Shown here: in pieces, positions 1-10,543 of the stretch | How positions within the stretch are numbered: the stretch's first letter is position 1 | How the letters are laid out: each line of letters begins with the position of its first letter | Virus record (IMG/VR): IMGVR_UViG_2703718787_000017 | Length of the DNA: 64,000 nt | Origin: a virus | Lineage: Duplodnaviria > Heunggongvirae > Uroviricota > Caudoviricetes | Reading direction: 5' to 3' (one strand) | Notes under the pieces: generated by a model | Seen by the model: only the letters and a program-made list of their open reading frames with translations | The model's database searches: none | What the model was told of the DNA's origin: nothing | Program-made: the position numbers and the translations under genes

Positions 1-1
1 T

Positions 2-154
2 AATACGCTGGGGTTACGTAATGCCCTGGCAATTGCTGGCGCGAAAAATGGTATCCGTGAAGCCGAACAGGATCGCCAGATGAACATACTGACGGGGGCT
101 TCTGCACCGGCAAGACAGAAACTGAGTGTTGGCGGACAACTGGTGGCAGCGTAA
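2..154 (+). CDS. 3' end of an upstream gene (partial, continues left of window); hypothetical protein of the same coupled module
   Basis: Open frame from window edge to TAA at 152-154; stop sits 9 nt before the next ATG with a GGAGG RBS in between. Confidence 0.4.
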   Translation, partial: NTLGLRNALAIAGAKNGIREAEQDRQMNILTGASAPARQKLSVGGQLVAA

Positions 155-163
155 GGAGGAAAT

Positions 164-415
164 ATGGGGTACGGCTTACTGGATATTGCGAATCAGTCAC
201 GGCGTGAGGCATTACAGGGAATAAGTGACGCAGACCGACGACGTGAAGAAATTGAGGCTGCGAACAAACAGATGGCGGCGCAACAGAAAGCGCAGAACAA
301 GCAGAATATCGGTACGGGCATTGGTACGGGGGCGGCTATTGGCGCATCCGTTGGTGGTCCTGTTGGTGCTGTTGCTGGAGCAGTAATTGGCGGCATTGCT
401 GGTTCTTTGTTTTAA
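164..415 (+). CDS. small protein with glycine-zipper-like Gly/Ala-rich C-terminus (GTGIGTGAAIGASVGGPVGAVAGAVIGGIAG), probably membrane-associated
   Basis: ORF with strong RBS (GGAGGAAAT-ATG); GxxxG-type repeats in translation; tightly coupled to flanking genes. Confidence 0.6.
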   Translation: MGYGLLDIANQSRREALQGISDADRRREEIEAANKQMAAQQKAQNKQNIGTGIGTGAAIGASVGGPVGAVAGAVIGGIAGSLF

Positions 416-425
416 GGAGTGGTGA

Positions 426-1691
426 ATGAGCGGATTTGCACAGGGGTTACTTGCCGGATTCAGCACGGTTGACCAGGCAATGACCCGTCGTAAGGAGCTT
501 GGTCTGCGTGAAGCACAGCTTGCCCGGCAACAGAAAAATAACGAGCGCGATTTTGAGTTTGCGCAGTCTCAGTTTGAACATAATAAAAACGTTGATCAGC
601 GGAACTTTGATTACAGAGCCAAAGTTGACGACCGTAATTATGCACTGAAGGAAAGGGAGTTTAACGCTAACCAGAATTACCGGAATGCGTCGCTGGGTAT
701 GGAGCAGCAGCGACTCCGGATGCAGAAATACAACCAGCGACGGCTTGAGTATAACGATATGCTGGCGCGCGATCAGCCTGTGATGGCGGCGCTTGGAAAG
801 GCTGTGGATGCTGGCGATCGGGATGCAGCAATGCGTCTTTACGGCCAGTTGTCAGAGGGTAATCCGCTGAGGCTGATGGCGAATGATGGCTATGTAGCGA
901 AAGCGGGTCAGGCCGTGAACAACCTGCAAAAAATCTTTGATGACAAGCCAGACAGGGCTATCGCTTCACTTAATACGCCGGAGAATCTTGATGTCCTTTC
1001 CGGGGTGTTTGGCCCGGAACTGCAACAGCGTATTGGCATGCCCGATTCAACCGGGAAAAAGACGATAAAAGAGGCCAGGATTGGCAGTATAGTACCGGCA
1101 CAGCAGGAAGGGTACATACTTATCGGCCTTGATCTCACATACAGTGATGGCTCTACAGCACATAAACCTGTAACAGAATACGGCAGTGCGCACCCTGATG
1201 ATCAAACCGTGCTGGCGATACCCGTTGATAAGGCTATCGCTCAGGTCAGGGATCGCAGCAAATTTGCAGAGATATCGAAAAATTATGGTTATTTTATGCC
1301 GAAGCAGCAGGGACTTTCTCTGAAAGAGCTTCAGAAGGGGGCCAGCAACGTCGCGGCGGACGCGATCAAGAATGGCGGTAATGCACAGGCTGCGGTGGAT
1401 GAATATTATGCTGCGACTGGTTCACAACCGCATCAACAGAAAATTCAGCAACAAAAACTTCAGCAACAGGTTATCAACTGGGCGGGAGATGATCCTGATA
1501 AGCTGTCATTTGCCAGAAATGTAGCGGCCCGTCAGCCTGAAATGCTGGAGCCTCAGAATCAGAAATTGCTGGAGAACGGGTATGCGAATTTTCTCCGTAT
1601 TCAAAAGGCCAGGGGGGAACAGGCCAGAGATGAAAGTGCTTCATCTGCATCTCAGTTTATCCGTGGACTGAAACAGAATTACGCCCAGTAA
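426..1691 (+). CDS. hypothetical Gln/Asn/Arg-rich, probably coiled-coil protein (421 aa)
   Basis: ORF with RBS (AAGGAG 7 nt upstream); begins 10 nt after previous stop; no family recognised. Confidence 0.6.
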   Translation: MSGFAQGLLAGFSTVDQAMTRRKELGLREAQLARQQKNNERDFEFAQSQFEHNKNVDQRNFDYRAKVDDRNYALKEREFNANQNYRNASLGMEQQRLRMQKYNQRRLEYNDMLARDQPVMAALGKAVDAGDRDAAMRLYGQLSEGNPLRLMANDGYVAKAGQAVNNLQKIFDDKPDRAIASLNTPENLDVLSGVFGPELQQRIGMPDSTGKKTIKEARIGSIVPAQQEGYILIGLDLTYSDGSTAHKPVTEYGSAHPDDQTVLAIPVDKAIAQVRDRSKFAEISKNYGYFMPKQQGLSLKELQKGASNVAADAIKNGGNAQAAVDEYYAATGSQPHQQKIQQQKLQQQVINWAGDDPDKLSFARNVAARQPEMLEPQNQKLLENGYANFLRIQKARGEQARDESASSASQFIRGLKQNYAQ

Positions 1692-1724
1692 TTCACGATA
1701 TTCCATTAATACCATTTCCTGATG

Positions 1725-1749
1725 CCCGGCCATTGTGCCGGGTTTTTTT
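1725..1749 (+). terminator. rho-independent terminator-like hairpin (CCCGGC-cattgt-GCCGGG followed by T7 run)
   Basis: GC stem plus U-run between the 421-aa gene and the giant gene; may act as attenuator. Confidence 0.5.
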
Positions 1750-1760
1750 ATGGAGTCTGT

Positions 1761-4700
1761 ATGGCCTATTCAGAGGAACAGCGTCCTGAGGCGCAACTCG
1801 GTAACCAGAATCGTAACAGCCTGAACATTCAGCAACCCGGCGAAACTGACAGCTATGAAGCATTTTTCTCTGATCCGAATCGCTGGAAGGATAACAGTAC
1901 GTCGTTCAGCCTGGGCGATGTATTGCCAACAATGGGTAAAGGTTTCGCCCAGTCCGTCCGGGGAACAGGGGAAATGGCCCGTGGACTCGGTGATGCGATG
2001 ATTCAGAGCCCGGTAAAAACAGGGGCGCGTATTTTAAATGAGTTCAGCCGTATGGGGCTGCCGGGTGTCGCAACTGTGCAGGATATTTTTGCCGGTGGCA
2101 GCAGGGGGGCTGATGAGGTCATCGATACCCTGCCTGATGGCAAAAACGCGGTTACTGATACTGTCGGTAAAGGTCTGAAGGCAACCGGTAAGGCTGTCAG
2201 TGATGGTGCTGAAGCCACTGATGAATGGCTGACCGGTAAGATGTCGCCGGGTGCAGTTCGTGCGCTGAATACGCCGATGACCGAAGGCTATGATGATTCT
2301 GCGGTCTGGGTGGCGAAGGGTGTAAACCTGATTGGTGCGCTTGTACCTGATATGGTTGCTGGCGGTGTGGCTAAAAAGGTGGGTGATGTCACACTGCGAA
2401 AAATGCTGACCGCCGGGCTGGAGAAAAAATACATCGCGGCAGGGATGCAGCCGGAAAGAGCCACGGCACTGGCAGCAGAAGCTGTCGATAAAAAAATGCC
2501 GGATTTATTCCAGGCGGGCCTGATCACCCATTCCACAGCCAGTGCACAGGGGCAGAGTGCAATGGCGGCAGCAGATGCTGTTCTTAATGCGGATTACTCT
2601 GAGCTGGCGCAGTCACCGAAATTTCAGCAGACGTTTTTGTCCATTGACGCCGACCCGCAGCACGCACAGCTTACTGATCGCCAGAAAATGGATCTGGCAA
2701 AAGAGCGTGTTGCCGATGAGGTGCGCGCGCAGCTGGCAACCGATCCTGAATTGCTGGCTGTGAATGCCATGGCGGCAAAACTGGGTGACGCACAACTGTT
2801 TAATCTGGTGACACGAGGCACAGCGAAGACCGTTAAAAGCGGCATTGTCAGAAATGCCACGGAACAGGGGGCGATTAATGCGGCGCAGGGCGGCTATTCA
2901 CGCTATCAGGAAAACACGGCATTGCGTGAGACCGCCGGAATGGATGTGTCACCGTGGGAGGGCGTGGCTGACGCAACGATCGAAGGTGCAGCCTTTGGTG
3001 CTGCGATGGGGGCTCCATCCGGTGCGGTTGCCGGATATCGTGGCAGACGTCAGGCCGCAGAAGAAGCAGCCATGCGTGATGCTGAAACCGTGCAGCAGGA
3101 CGACGCAGCCCCGCAACCAGAATCTGTTGATCCGGTGGCGCAGCATCGTGAATCCATGCAGGGGATGAATCGCGAGCAGCTTCTGGAGCAGTATGCTGAT
3201 GCGGATATGGCAACAGAGGGGGACGCATCCGCAGCTCATCGCCGGGAAGCTGCCAGCCAGTTGTTGAATGAACTGGACGAACAGGCGAAGCGACAGGCTG
3301 TGATGAATGAGCTGAAGGCGAAGCCGCGTTCTGAACTGCTTGAGGAATACCGCAGACTCAGCCAGAAAGAGGAGCGCACCGAGACTGAAGAACAACAGTT
3401 TCAGGCAATACGAGAAGTCATTCGCCCACAACAGGAAGTGACGCCGGAAGCACAGTCACAGCCTGAAAATGCGGAGGATGGTAACGGGAGCATTTACCCG
3501 ACGGTGCGGTTCCGGGACCCGAATGAAGTCCGCATTGAAATTAACGGGAATGGTGCGTCCAGACCAGCGGAACGCATTGAAAAGGTGCGCCCGGACAACC
3601 GTTATTTCACGGATGAGAAAAGCGCCATGGGGAGTGATGTTTTCCGTAATGCCGCCGCCACCGGCCTGAAACCGTCCGTAGTGAAGAAAGGCGAGACTCA
3701 ATATGCTGTTGAAATGGATAATCCTGCGTTCTCTGAAGATGTGGCAACGGAAACCATTAACACCCTGGCTGACGGAGAGCGTATTGCTGATGCTGACCCG
3801 ATGGAGCAGCCCGCGTTCATGCGTGACCCACGATTCCGTGGTTTCACGGGGGATGATACGGAGGTACAGGCCCGCCTTGCCCGTGGCAACGTGCCGACGG
3901 CAGAGGAGCTTGTACGTTCACAGATGGCTGAAGGTGATGCCGGTCCGACAGCACAGGAGTTAACTGAGCGTCCACGCCTGCCCGCTCCCGGCGATATTCA
4001 TCCCGGACAGGGATATCCGTTACCGGGAGAGGTGGCGCGTACGCCGGATGAGAATCAGGCAGGACGTGGTGGTCGTTTTACCACAACCGGTGAGGTTAAG
4101 GGCCAGAGTTTCCAGAAAGGACAAGCTCTGGCACCGGAAAACGCCGCTGGTCGCCAGGGGGAAACACTCGAGGGTGAAATGGTTCGTCGTGGTCTGCCGT
4201 CACCGGATGCGCAGAACGCGACAGCACCGGTACGTGAAGGGCTACCGGCTCCGGACATTACACACAATGTCCGTATGCCTCAGCCTGATCAGCTTCCCCG
4301 AACTGTTCGTAACTCATTGCCTGAGCTCGCACAGCAGGCAGAAGTACGTCGACAGGCCGGAGGAAATCGTGACATCCCGCAGCCTGAGACAATCGCACCT
4401 GAATCTGAAACAACAGTCGCTACTGACAGGGAAGCTACCGTGCGCGGAGGTGAAGTCAGGGGCAAAAAAATTGAAGACTTTGGTGAAGAAATTAAGGGCG
4501 CGGCAAAACACCGTTATGCACAGCTTGCTGAAACACTGGGTAAAACGCTGGAAGACAGGGATTATGTCACGCAACCGCTGAGCAAACTGTTCCCGAAACC
4601 GGACTACGCAAAACTGGCGAGCGAAGGGGCTGATGCTGACACCCTGGCAATGATAGCGCTGTATCGTAGCGATATTCCGGTGAAGACGAAACACAATACG

Positions 4701-7700
4701 GCAGGCTGGGGGGAGAGCGTAAAAAAAGTACGACACAGTGTATCGGAAATGCTGAACGGAACGGTCAGCGCGAAACGCCTCGCAGAATGGATGGAAGGCA
4801 GAATGCCCTCCCGTTACGCGGACACCTGGCAACTGTTACGCACTCTGCCACCCTCACAGATGGACAAGGCTTCTGCTTATCGGGTGGTATCGGGTGTGTA
4901 TCAGGCGGCAGGAGGGAAGCGTTACGATCCGCCACAGAAACTTTATTCACTGCGCAATAAGGACAATAAGGGGAGTAACCTCTTTTTCTCGGAAAGCAGG
5001 GATGAATTACTGGCAAAGGCGAAAGTCTGGTTTGCAGAGCAGGAGGAAAAATCACAGGCGAAAGGTGATGAAAAAACAGCACCGTCTCCGGATGACAAAA
5101 TCCGCTTTGACGTTTACCGGAATACCCGCAGTGGCGATATTTTTATCGCTTACGGTAAAAACAAAATGCGGGTGAGAGGTGGCTTTAAGTCAGCCAGTGA
5201 TGCGCGTAAGTACATTGATTTACATCGTGATGAGCTTGTTCGTCATGTGAAGGAGATGCGGGAGATTTCGCGTGAGGAGCAGCGCAACGCCACCAACCGC
5301 GACCGTACCGGACCAGAACGCCGCAAGGGGGATGTTTCACCGGAGCAGTTCAGTGATGCGTTTGGTTTTCGTGGTGTGCAGTTTGGTAATTATGTGGAAA
5401 GTCCGCGTCGTCAGGCTGATTTGAACCGGGCTTATGACTCGCTGCATGACCTGGCTGACGTGCTGAATGTACCGACAAAAGCGCTTTCTCTGAACGGTCG
5501 TCTTGGGCTTGCTTTTGGTGCCCGTGGTAAGGGTAAGGCGGCGGCACACTATGAGTCAGGTGAGGTGGCAATCAACCTGACAAAAGGTAACGGACCGGGT
5601 GCGCTGGCGCACGAATGGTTCCATTCTCTGGATAATTATTTTGGTCGTTATGACGTTTCCAGTGACGGGAAAATTACGTCAGGTGGCGACTTTATGACGG
5701 AAGCACAGCGTGTCAGGCGCATATTTAAAGACGGCAGGTATGTTGATGCTGAATATCCGGTACGTCAGGAGGTTTACGACGCTTTTAAAGGTGTGATTCA
5801 GGCCATTAAAAACAGTGACATGCCGCGTCGTTCAGCGCTTCTTGATGAGGTGCGCTCAAAACCGTACTGGTCAACGGATGTTGAAATGGCGGCACGTGCC
5901 TTTGAGCGTTATGTTCAGGATAAGGCGCGTATGGCTGGCGTGGAGAATGATTATCTGGTCAATATCCGTAAGGCACCTGAGCACAACACAGATAACACCT
6001 ACGCTTATCCGACGAATGCGGAACTGGATGGCGGTATTCGTGAGGCATTCGATCACCTGTTCCGCACCCTGAAAACCCGTGAGACGGACAAGGGCGTTGC
6101 GTTTTATTCCCGTAAGGGCATGACCCGCACACCTGAAGGTAATCTCATTTCGGATGTTAACCGTAGTGCGGAAGCCAAAGGCAGCCCGGTCCCGCAGGTT
6201 GAAGCGGTTGCCCGTGGCGTGATGAGCGGCATTAAGGACAGTGACCTGACGGTCCGTGTGGTGAAGTCACAGAAAGAGGCTGAAGCGCTGGCGGGTGAAT
6301 CGTTCGACGGTTACGGCAGGGTGCACGCATTCTATCGTCCGGATAAACGAGAAATTGTCCTGGTGGCGGATAACATCCCTGACGGGCAGACCGTACGCGA
6401 GAAGTTGCGTCACGAGATTATCCACCATGCCATGGAGCATGTTGTCACGCCAGCGGAATATCAGACGATTATCAAAACCGTGCTGAAAACCCGCGACAGT
6501 GATAACGCCACCATCCGTGAAGCCTGGCGTAAGGTTGATGCGTCCTATGGTAAGGAATCACCGGAAGTACAGGCGGGTGAATTTCTGGCACATATGGCGG
6601 AGAAACAGCCGAATAAATTCGTGGCGGCATGGGAGCGTGTTGTTGCCCTGGTCAAAGGGGTACTGCGTCGTACGGGGTTACTGAAGCCGACGGAACTGAA
6701 CGATATCAGACTTGTTCGCGAGACCATCCGTACGTTAGGCCAGCGTGTGCGGGAAGGTTACACGCCGCGTGAGGATGGCGTGGGCGCATCGTCTCAGTAC
6801 TCCCGTAGTGGTAAGCCTGATCCGTTCAAAGTGCCGGAAGGTGAGGGTGAACGTTATCGCGATGACCTTGCCAGAATGATGAAATCTCTGCGTACCACAG
6901 ATTTAACGGTAAACATCGGGCGTACGCCGCCGGTATTGCGTCACCTTGGTGCACCGGATTTGCCGCTGGTTATTTCCCGCGATACTGTGCGGAAGGCCAC
7001 CAATGGTGTGAAACATGTGGTGCCGATGGATGTTATCGAGAGACTACCGGAACTGATGCACGATCCGGATGCAATTTACCGCTCAGCGACAGAAAGAAAT
7101 GCGGTTGTGATGCTGCTTGATGCCGTGGATAAAAATGGTGATCCGGTAGTGTCTGCGGTGCATATGAAGGCAACCCAAAAACTTCTGGAAGTTAACCGTA
7201 TTGCTTCTGTTTACGGAACGGAAAACGGGAAAAAACTGAAGAGTATGGAAACGGCTGGCTTAACATTATACAGGAGAGAAAAACTAAACCCTGATGGTTC
7301 TCTGTACAGAGGGCTCCAATTGCCCAAAGATGAGCACTCCCGTCAGGGTTCTGCGGATAAAATACTCTATCCTGAAGATATTCGCAAGGGGCCGTATTAC
7401 TCCCGTACCAGCAGTCTGACACCGGAAGAGACAATTGCATCGCGTTTTGTGCGCCAGATGCAGGATAAATTCCAGGTGCTGAAAGCTGTTCAGGAGAATA
7501 TCCGTAAAACTGGTGGAAAAATAGACGACAGTAACAACGCTTATATGGCGGAAGAACTCTTCCACGGGAAGGCGGAAAACGACCTGAACGTGATGAAGGA
7601 GCGCTACGTTCAGCCACTGGCTAAATTACTGGCGGACTACAAAATTGCGCAGGCCGATCTGGATGAGTACCTCTACGCCCGTCACGCGCCGGAACGTAAC

Positions 7701-10142
7701 GCGCATATCGCGAAAATCAACCCGAAAATGCCGGACGGCGGTTCGGGGATGACCAACGCGGAGGCGGCGGAAATCATGCAGCGTGTACGTAACAGCGGCA
7801 AACAGGCACAGTATGACCGTCTGGCAGGGATTGTTGACGATATGCTGGCCCGTCGCCGTGAGCTTATCCGTGAGGCAGGACTGGAAGAGAGCGGCGTGGT
7901 GGATGCCTGGCAGAAAGCCTACCGTTACTACGTTCCCCTGAAAGGGCAGGATGTTGACGGTGTGGTGTCACTGCCACGTACAGGCAAGGGATTCACCATC
8001 GGCGGGCGTGAAAGTAAGCAGGCCATGGGGCGCGCATCCCGCGCACAGTCTCCTTCCACTCAGGCGATACAGGATTTGAGCGAATCACTGATCCGCAATC
8101 GCAAAAATGAAGTGGGTAACGCCTTCCTGAAACTGGTACAGGATAATCCCGACAAGGATTACTGGCAGGTATTCACCGATGACAGACCGGATACCATGCG
8201 GACGATTGCAGAGCGCAAGGACAAGGAAACTGGTGAAACCATTCGCGAAGTTGTCGAACGCCCTGTACCGATGGCAATGATGGCAGACCGGTACTTCACC
8301 ACCAAAAAGAACGGCAAAACGTACTACATCAAACTCCATGATCCGCGCCTGATGCGTGCGATGAAGAATATGGGACCGGAAACCAGTAACGCCGTAATCC
8401 GCACGCTGGGGAAAGTTAACCGCTTCCTGGCAACGGTGAACACGTCGTATAACCCGGAATTCCTGGTCAGTAACTTCATCCGTGACGTACAGACGGCGGT
8501 GATGAACCTGAAGGCGGAGCAGGGAAGGAGCGACGGCAAACTGAAAGGGCTGGATAACTTATCCGCACTGGCTGTGGTGAAAGACAGTCGGTCTGCCATG
8601 TCTGCCGTATACGCCAGTCTGCGTGGTAAAACCCTCACGGGCAACGGTGCGCAGTGGCAGAAGGTGTGGAAAGAGTTTGTTGAGGACGGAGGTAAAACCG
8701 GCTGGTTTAACATGGGTGACCTTGAAGGCCAGCAGAAGGAAATGGATCGCCTTGTATCGCTGGCGAAGGGAGGATGGAAAGGCCAGAGTATCGGTGCATG
8801 GAATTCGTTCCTTAACCTTGTCGAGGATGCCAACGGGGCGGTTGAAAACGCTCTGCGTCTTTCTGCCTATAAACACGCCCGTGATGCCGGTTTGTCACGC
8901 CAGCAGGCGGCGTCTCTTGCCAAAAACATGACGGTGAACTTTAACCGTCGTGGTGAGCAGGGGGCGCTGATGAACTCGCTGTACATGTTCGCCAACGCCA
9001 GTATTCAGGGAACGGCAAATCTGGTGAGAACGCTCGGACATCTTAATGGTGAGGGACCTTTACTGGAGCGCCTTCGCTGGAAGAATCTGAATGTTCCGCA
9101 GAAAATCGCGCTTGCCGCTGTGGGAGCGGGTTATCTGCTTGGCTCGCTTAACCGCAGCGTGGCGGGTGAGGATGATGACGGGGTTAACTGGTATGACAAA
9201 GTACCGTCTCATGTGAAAGAGCGTAACCTCGTCATTATGAAATCGGTGTTCGGGGGCAAGGCCGGAGAGTACTGGAGTATTCCTCTGCCTTACGGGTACA
9301 ACGTTTTCTTCCTGCTTGGTCACACAGCCGAAGGGGTGGCAGCGGGCGACCTGACCGCTTCACGTGCTGCCGGTAATGTTGTTGGTGGTGTGCTTGGGGC
9401 ATTCAGTCCTGTGGGCAGTGAAACGTCGGAAACACTGTCCGGGGCATTGCTGAAAAATGCAGCGCCGACCATTCTGCGTCCGTTTGCGAACCTTGCCATG
9501 AATGAAAACTTCATGGGGGCGCAGATTTACCAGGAGAACATGCCGTTTGGTACACCAAAACCTGACAGCCAGCTGGGAAGACGTTCAACGCCAGAAGCGT
9601 ACAAGGCGTTTGCATCCTGGCTGAATGCGTTCTCAGGTGGCAGCCAGTACCGTCCCGGCGCGGTGGATATCACACCGGAATCGCTGAAATTCTGGATTGA
9701 CTATATCTCCGGAGGGACAGGGCGCTTCATTTCCAAAACCACGGATGCGGCGGTGAAATCGCTGAATGGTATTGATATACCGGAACAGCAGGTGCCCTTC
9801 CTGGGGAAAATTTCGGGGGAGGTGATGCCGTATGCAGACCAGCAGAAGATGTACGACCGGATGACAGAGATTGCGCAGTATCACGCAGAGCTGAAGAGTC
9901 TGACCGGTGCAGAAAGAACGGCGTTCATTGACGAGAACAACGGAAAATTGTCGATGAACGGGCTTATGCAGGATACCCGGAAGAGACTGAAGGATTTGCG
10001 TAAACAGCGTGATGCCATTTATGCCGACAGTTCTCTCAGTCTGGCGCAGCAGGCGGCGATAGTGAAATCGGTAGAGCGGGATATGAAGGTTGCCGTGGAT
10101 CGCTTTAACCGCGAGTACAACAAAAAAGTGGGAGTGGATTAA
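1761..10142 (+). CDS. giant multidomain 'polyvalent-type' protein (about 2793 aa) with HExxH zincin-like motif (HEWFH at 5610-5624), second H-E-x-x-H-H motif near 6411, Pro/Glu-rich low-complexity linker and Gly/Ala-rich N- and C-terminal segments
   Basis: Single uninterrupted 8.4-kb frame; start ATG at 1761 preceded by GGAG; HExxH motif read directly; domain architecture otherwise unresolved without profile search. Confidence 0.8.
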   Translation: MAYSEEQRPEAQLGNQNRNSLNIQQPGETDSYEAFFSDPNRWKDNSTSFSLGDVLPTMGKGFAQSVRGTGEMARGLGDAMIQSPVKTGARILNEFSRMGLPGVATVQDIFAGGSRGADEVIDTLPDGKNAVTDTVGKGLKATGKAVSDGAEATDEWLTGKMSPGAVRALNTPMTEGYDDSAVWVAKGVNLIGALVPDMVAGGVAKKVGDVTLRKMLTAGLEKKYIAAGMQPERATALAAEAVDKKMPDLFQAGLITHSTASAQGQSAMAAADAVLNADYSELAQSPKFQQTFLSIDADPQHAQLTDRQKMDLAKERVADEVRAQLATDPELLAVNAMAAKLGDAQLFNLVTRGTAKTVKSGIVRNATEQGAINAAQGGYSRYQENTALRETAGMDVSPWEGVADATIEGAAFGAAMGAPSGAVAGYRGRRQAAEEAAMRDAETVQQDDAAPQPESVDPVAQHRESMQGMNREQLLEQYADADMATEGDASAAHRREAASQLLNELDEQAKRQAVMNELKAKPRSELLEEYRRLSQKEERTETEEQQFQAIREVIRPQQEVTPEAQSQPENAEDGNGSIYPTVRFRDPNEVRIEINGNGASRPAERIEKVRPDNRYFTDEKSAMGSDVFRNAAATGLKPSVVKKGETQYAVEMDNPAFSEDVATETINTLADGERIADADPMEQPAFMRDPRFRGFTGDDTEVQARLARGNVPTAEELVRSQMAEGDAGPTAQELTERPRLPAPGDIHPGQGYPLPGEVARTPDENQAGRGGRFTTTGEVKGQSFQKGQALAPENAAGRQGETLEGEMVRRGLPSPDAQNATAPVREGLPAPDITHNVRMPQPDQLPRTVRNSLPELAQQAEVRRQAGGNRDIPQPETIAPESETTVATDREATVRGGEVRGKKIEDFGEEIKGAAKHRYAQLAETLGKTLEDRDYVTQPLSKLFPKPDYAKLASEGADADTLAMIALYRSDIPVKTKHNTAGWGESVKKVRHSVSEMLNGTVSAKRLAEWMEGRMPSRYADTWQLLRTLPPSQMDKASAYRVVSGVYQAAGGKRYDPPQKLYSLRNKDNKGSNLFFSESRDELLAKAKVWFAEQEEKSQAKGDEKTAPSPDDKIRFDVYRNTRSGDIFIAYGKNKMRVRGGFKSASDARKYIDLHRDELVRHVKEMREISREEQRNATNRDRTGPERRKGDVSPEQFSDAFGFRGVQFGNYVESPRRQADLNRAYDSLHDLADVLNVPTKALSLNGRLGLAFGARGKGKAAAHYESGEVAINLTKGNGPGALAHEWFHSLDNYFGRYDVSSDGKITSGGDFMTEAQRVRRIFKDGRYVDAEYPVRQEVYDAFKGVIQAIKNSDMPRRSALLDEVRSKPYWSTDVEMAARAFERYVQDKARMAGVENDYLVNIRKAPEHNTDNTYAYPTNAELDGGIREAFDHLFRTLKTRETDKGVAFYSRKGMTRTPEGNLISDVNRSAEAKGSPVPQVEAVARGVMSGIKDSDLTVRVVKSQKEAEALAGESFDGYGRVHAFYRPDKREIVLVADNIPDGQTVREKLRHEIIHHAMEHVVTPAEYQTIIKTVLKTRDSDNATIREAWRKVDASYGKESPEVQAGEFLAHMAEKQPNKFVAAWERVVALVKGVLRRTGLLKPTELNDIRLVRETIRTLGQRVREGYTPREDGVGASSQYSRSGKPDPFKVPEGEGERYRDDLARMMKSLRTTDLTVNIGRTPPVLRHLGAPDLPLVISRDTVRKATNGVKHVVPMDVIERLPELMHDPDAIYRSATERNAVVMLLDAVDKNGDPVVSAVHMKATQKLLEVNRIASVYGTENGKKLKSMETAGLTLYRREKLNPDGSLYRGLQLPKDEHSRQGSADKILYPEDIRKGPYYSRTSSLTPEETIASRFVRQMQDKFQVLKAVQENIRKTGGKIDDSNNAYMAEELFHGKAENDLNVMKERYVQPLAKLLADYKIAQADLDEYLYARHAPERNAHIAKINPKMPDGGSGMTNAEAAEIMQRVRNSGKQAQYDRLAGIVDDMLARRRELIREAGLEESGVVDAWQKAYRYYVPLKGQDVDGVVSLPRTGKGFTIGGRESKQAMGRASRAQSPSTQAIQDLSESLIRNRKNEVGNAFLKLVQDNPDKDYWQVFTDDRPDTMRTIAERKDKETGETIREVVERPVPMAMMADRYFTTKKNGKTYYIKLHDPRLMRAMKNMGPETSNAVIRTLGKVNRFLATVNTSYNPEFLVSNFIRDVQTAVMNLKAEQGRSDGKLKGLDNLSALAVVKDSRSAMSAVYASLRGKTLTGNGAQWQKVWKEFVEDGGKTGWFNMGDLEGQQKEMDRLVSLAKGGWKGQSIGAWNSFLNLVEDANGAVENALRLSAYKHARDAGLSRQQAASLAKNMTVNFNRRGEQGALMNSLYMFANASIQGTANLVRTLGHLNGEGPLLERLRWKNLNVPQKIALAAVGAGYLLGSLNRSVAGEDDDGVNWYDKVPSHVKERNLVIMKSVFGGKAGEYWSIPLPYGYNVFFLLGHTAEGVAAGDLTASRAAGNVVGGVLGAFSPVGSETSETLSGALLKNAAPTILRPFANLAMNENFMGAQIYQENMPFGTPKPDSQLGRRSTPEAYKAFASWLNAFSGGSQYRPGAVDITPESLKFWIDYISGGTGRFISKTTDAAVKSLNGIDIPEQQVPFLGKISGEVMPYADQQKMYDRMTEIAQYHAELKSLTGAERTAFIDENNGKLSMNGLMQDTRKRLKDLRKQRDAIYADSSLSLAQQAAIVKSVERDMKVAVDRFNREYNKKVGVD

Positions 10143-10265
10143 CAGAAATGGCCCCGTACGGAAGTGCGGGGCTGATTAAGGAATAAACACACATTAACCT
10201 GTAATAACCGGAGCTATTAACATATAGTCAGAAAGAGTATTTCATGTGAGACAGAGAGCCGATTT

Positions 10266-10457
10266 ATGTTTAATGAAGAAAAAGTTGCGCAAATGGCAGC
10301 GTATTTGCTGAAAAAGCATGGCGGATCTATGCGTTTCATTAAGCTGATGAAGCTGATGTATCTCTCTGACCGCAAAGCAATGGAGTCTTTAACCGGGAAG
10401 GGGAGAGGTTTGAATGCTCCCCCACAATTCCCCGGCATCAAATCTCCATGCAGGTGA
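10266..10457 (+). pseudogene. possible N-terminal remnant of a DUF4065/Panacea-like gene
   Basis: 63-aa ORF; motif MAAYLLKK...IKLMKLMYLSDRKAME resembles the N-terminus of that family from memory; frame then collapses; weak RBS. Confidence 0.25.
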
Positions 10458-10543
10458 ACTATTTTACCCCCAGCGGCAAATCGCAAAAACAATCAGTGCG
10501 ATCGAAATGGCAGCCACTACAATTGCAAATGCTTCAGGCTAGG

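Noticed and set aside
2003-9884. Numerous 60-170-aa ORFs on both strands inside the giant gene
   Set aside because: All lie within one continuous 8.4-kb coding frame; typical shadow ORFs of a GC-rich coding region.
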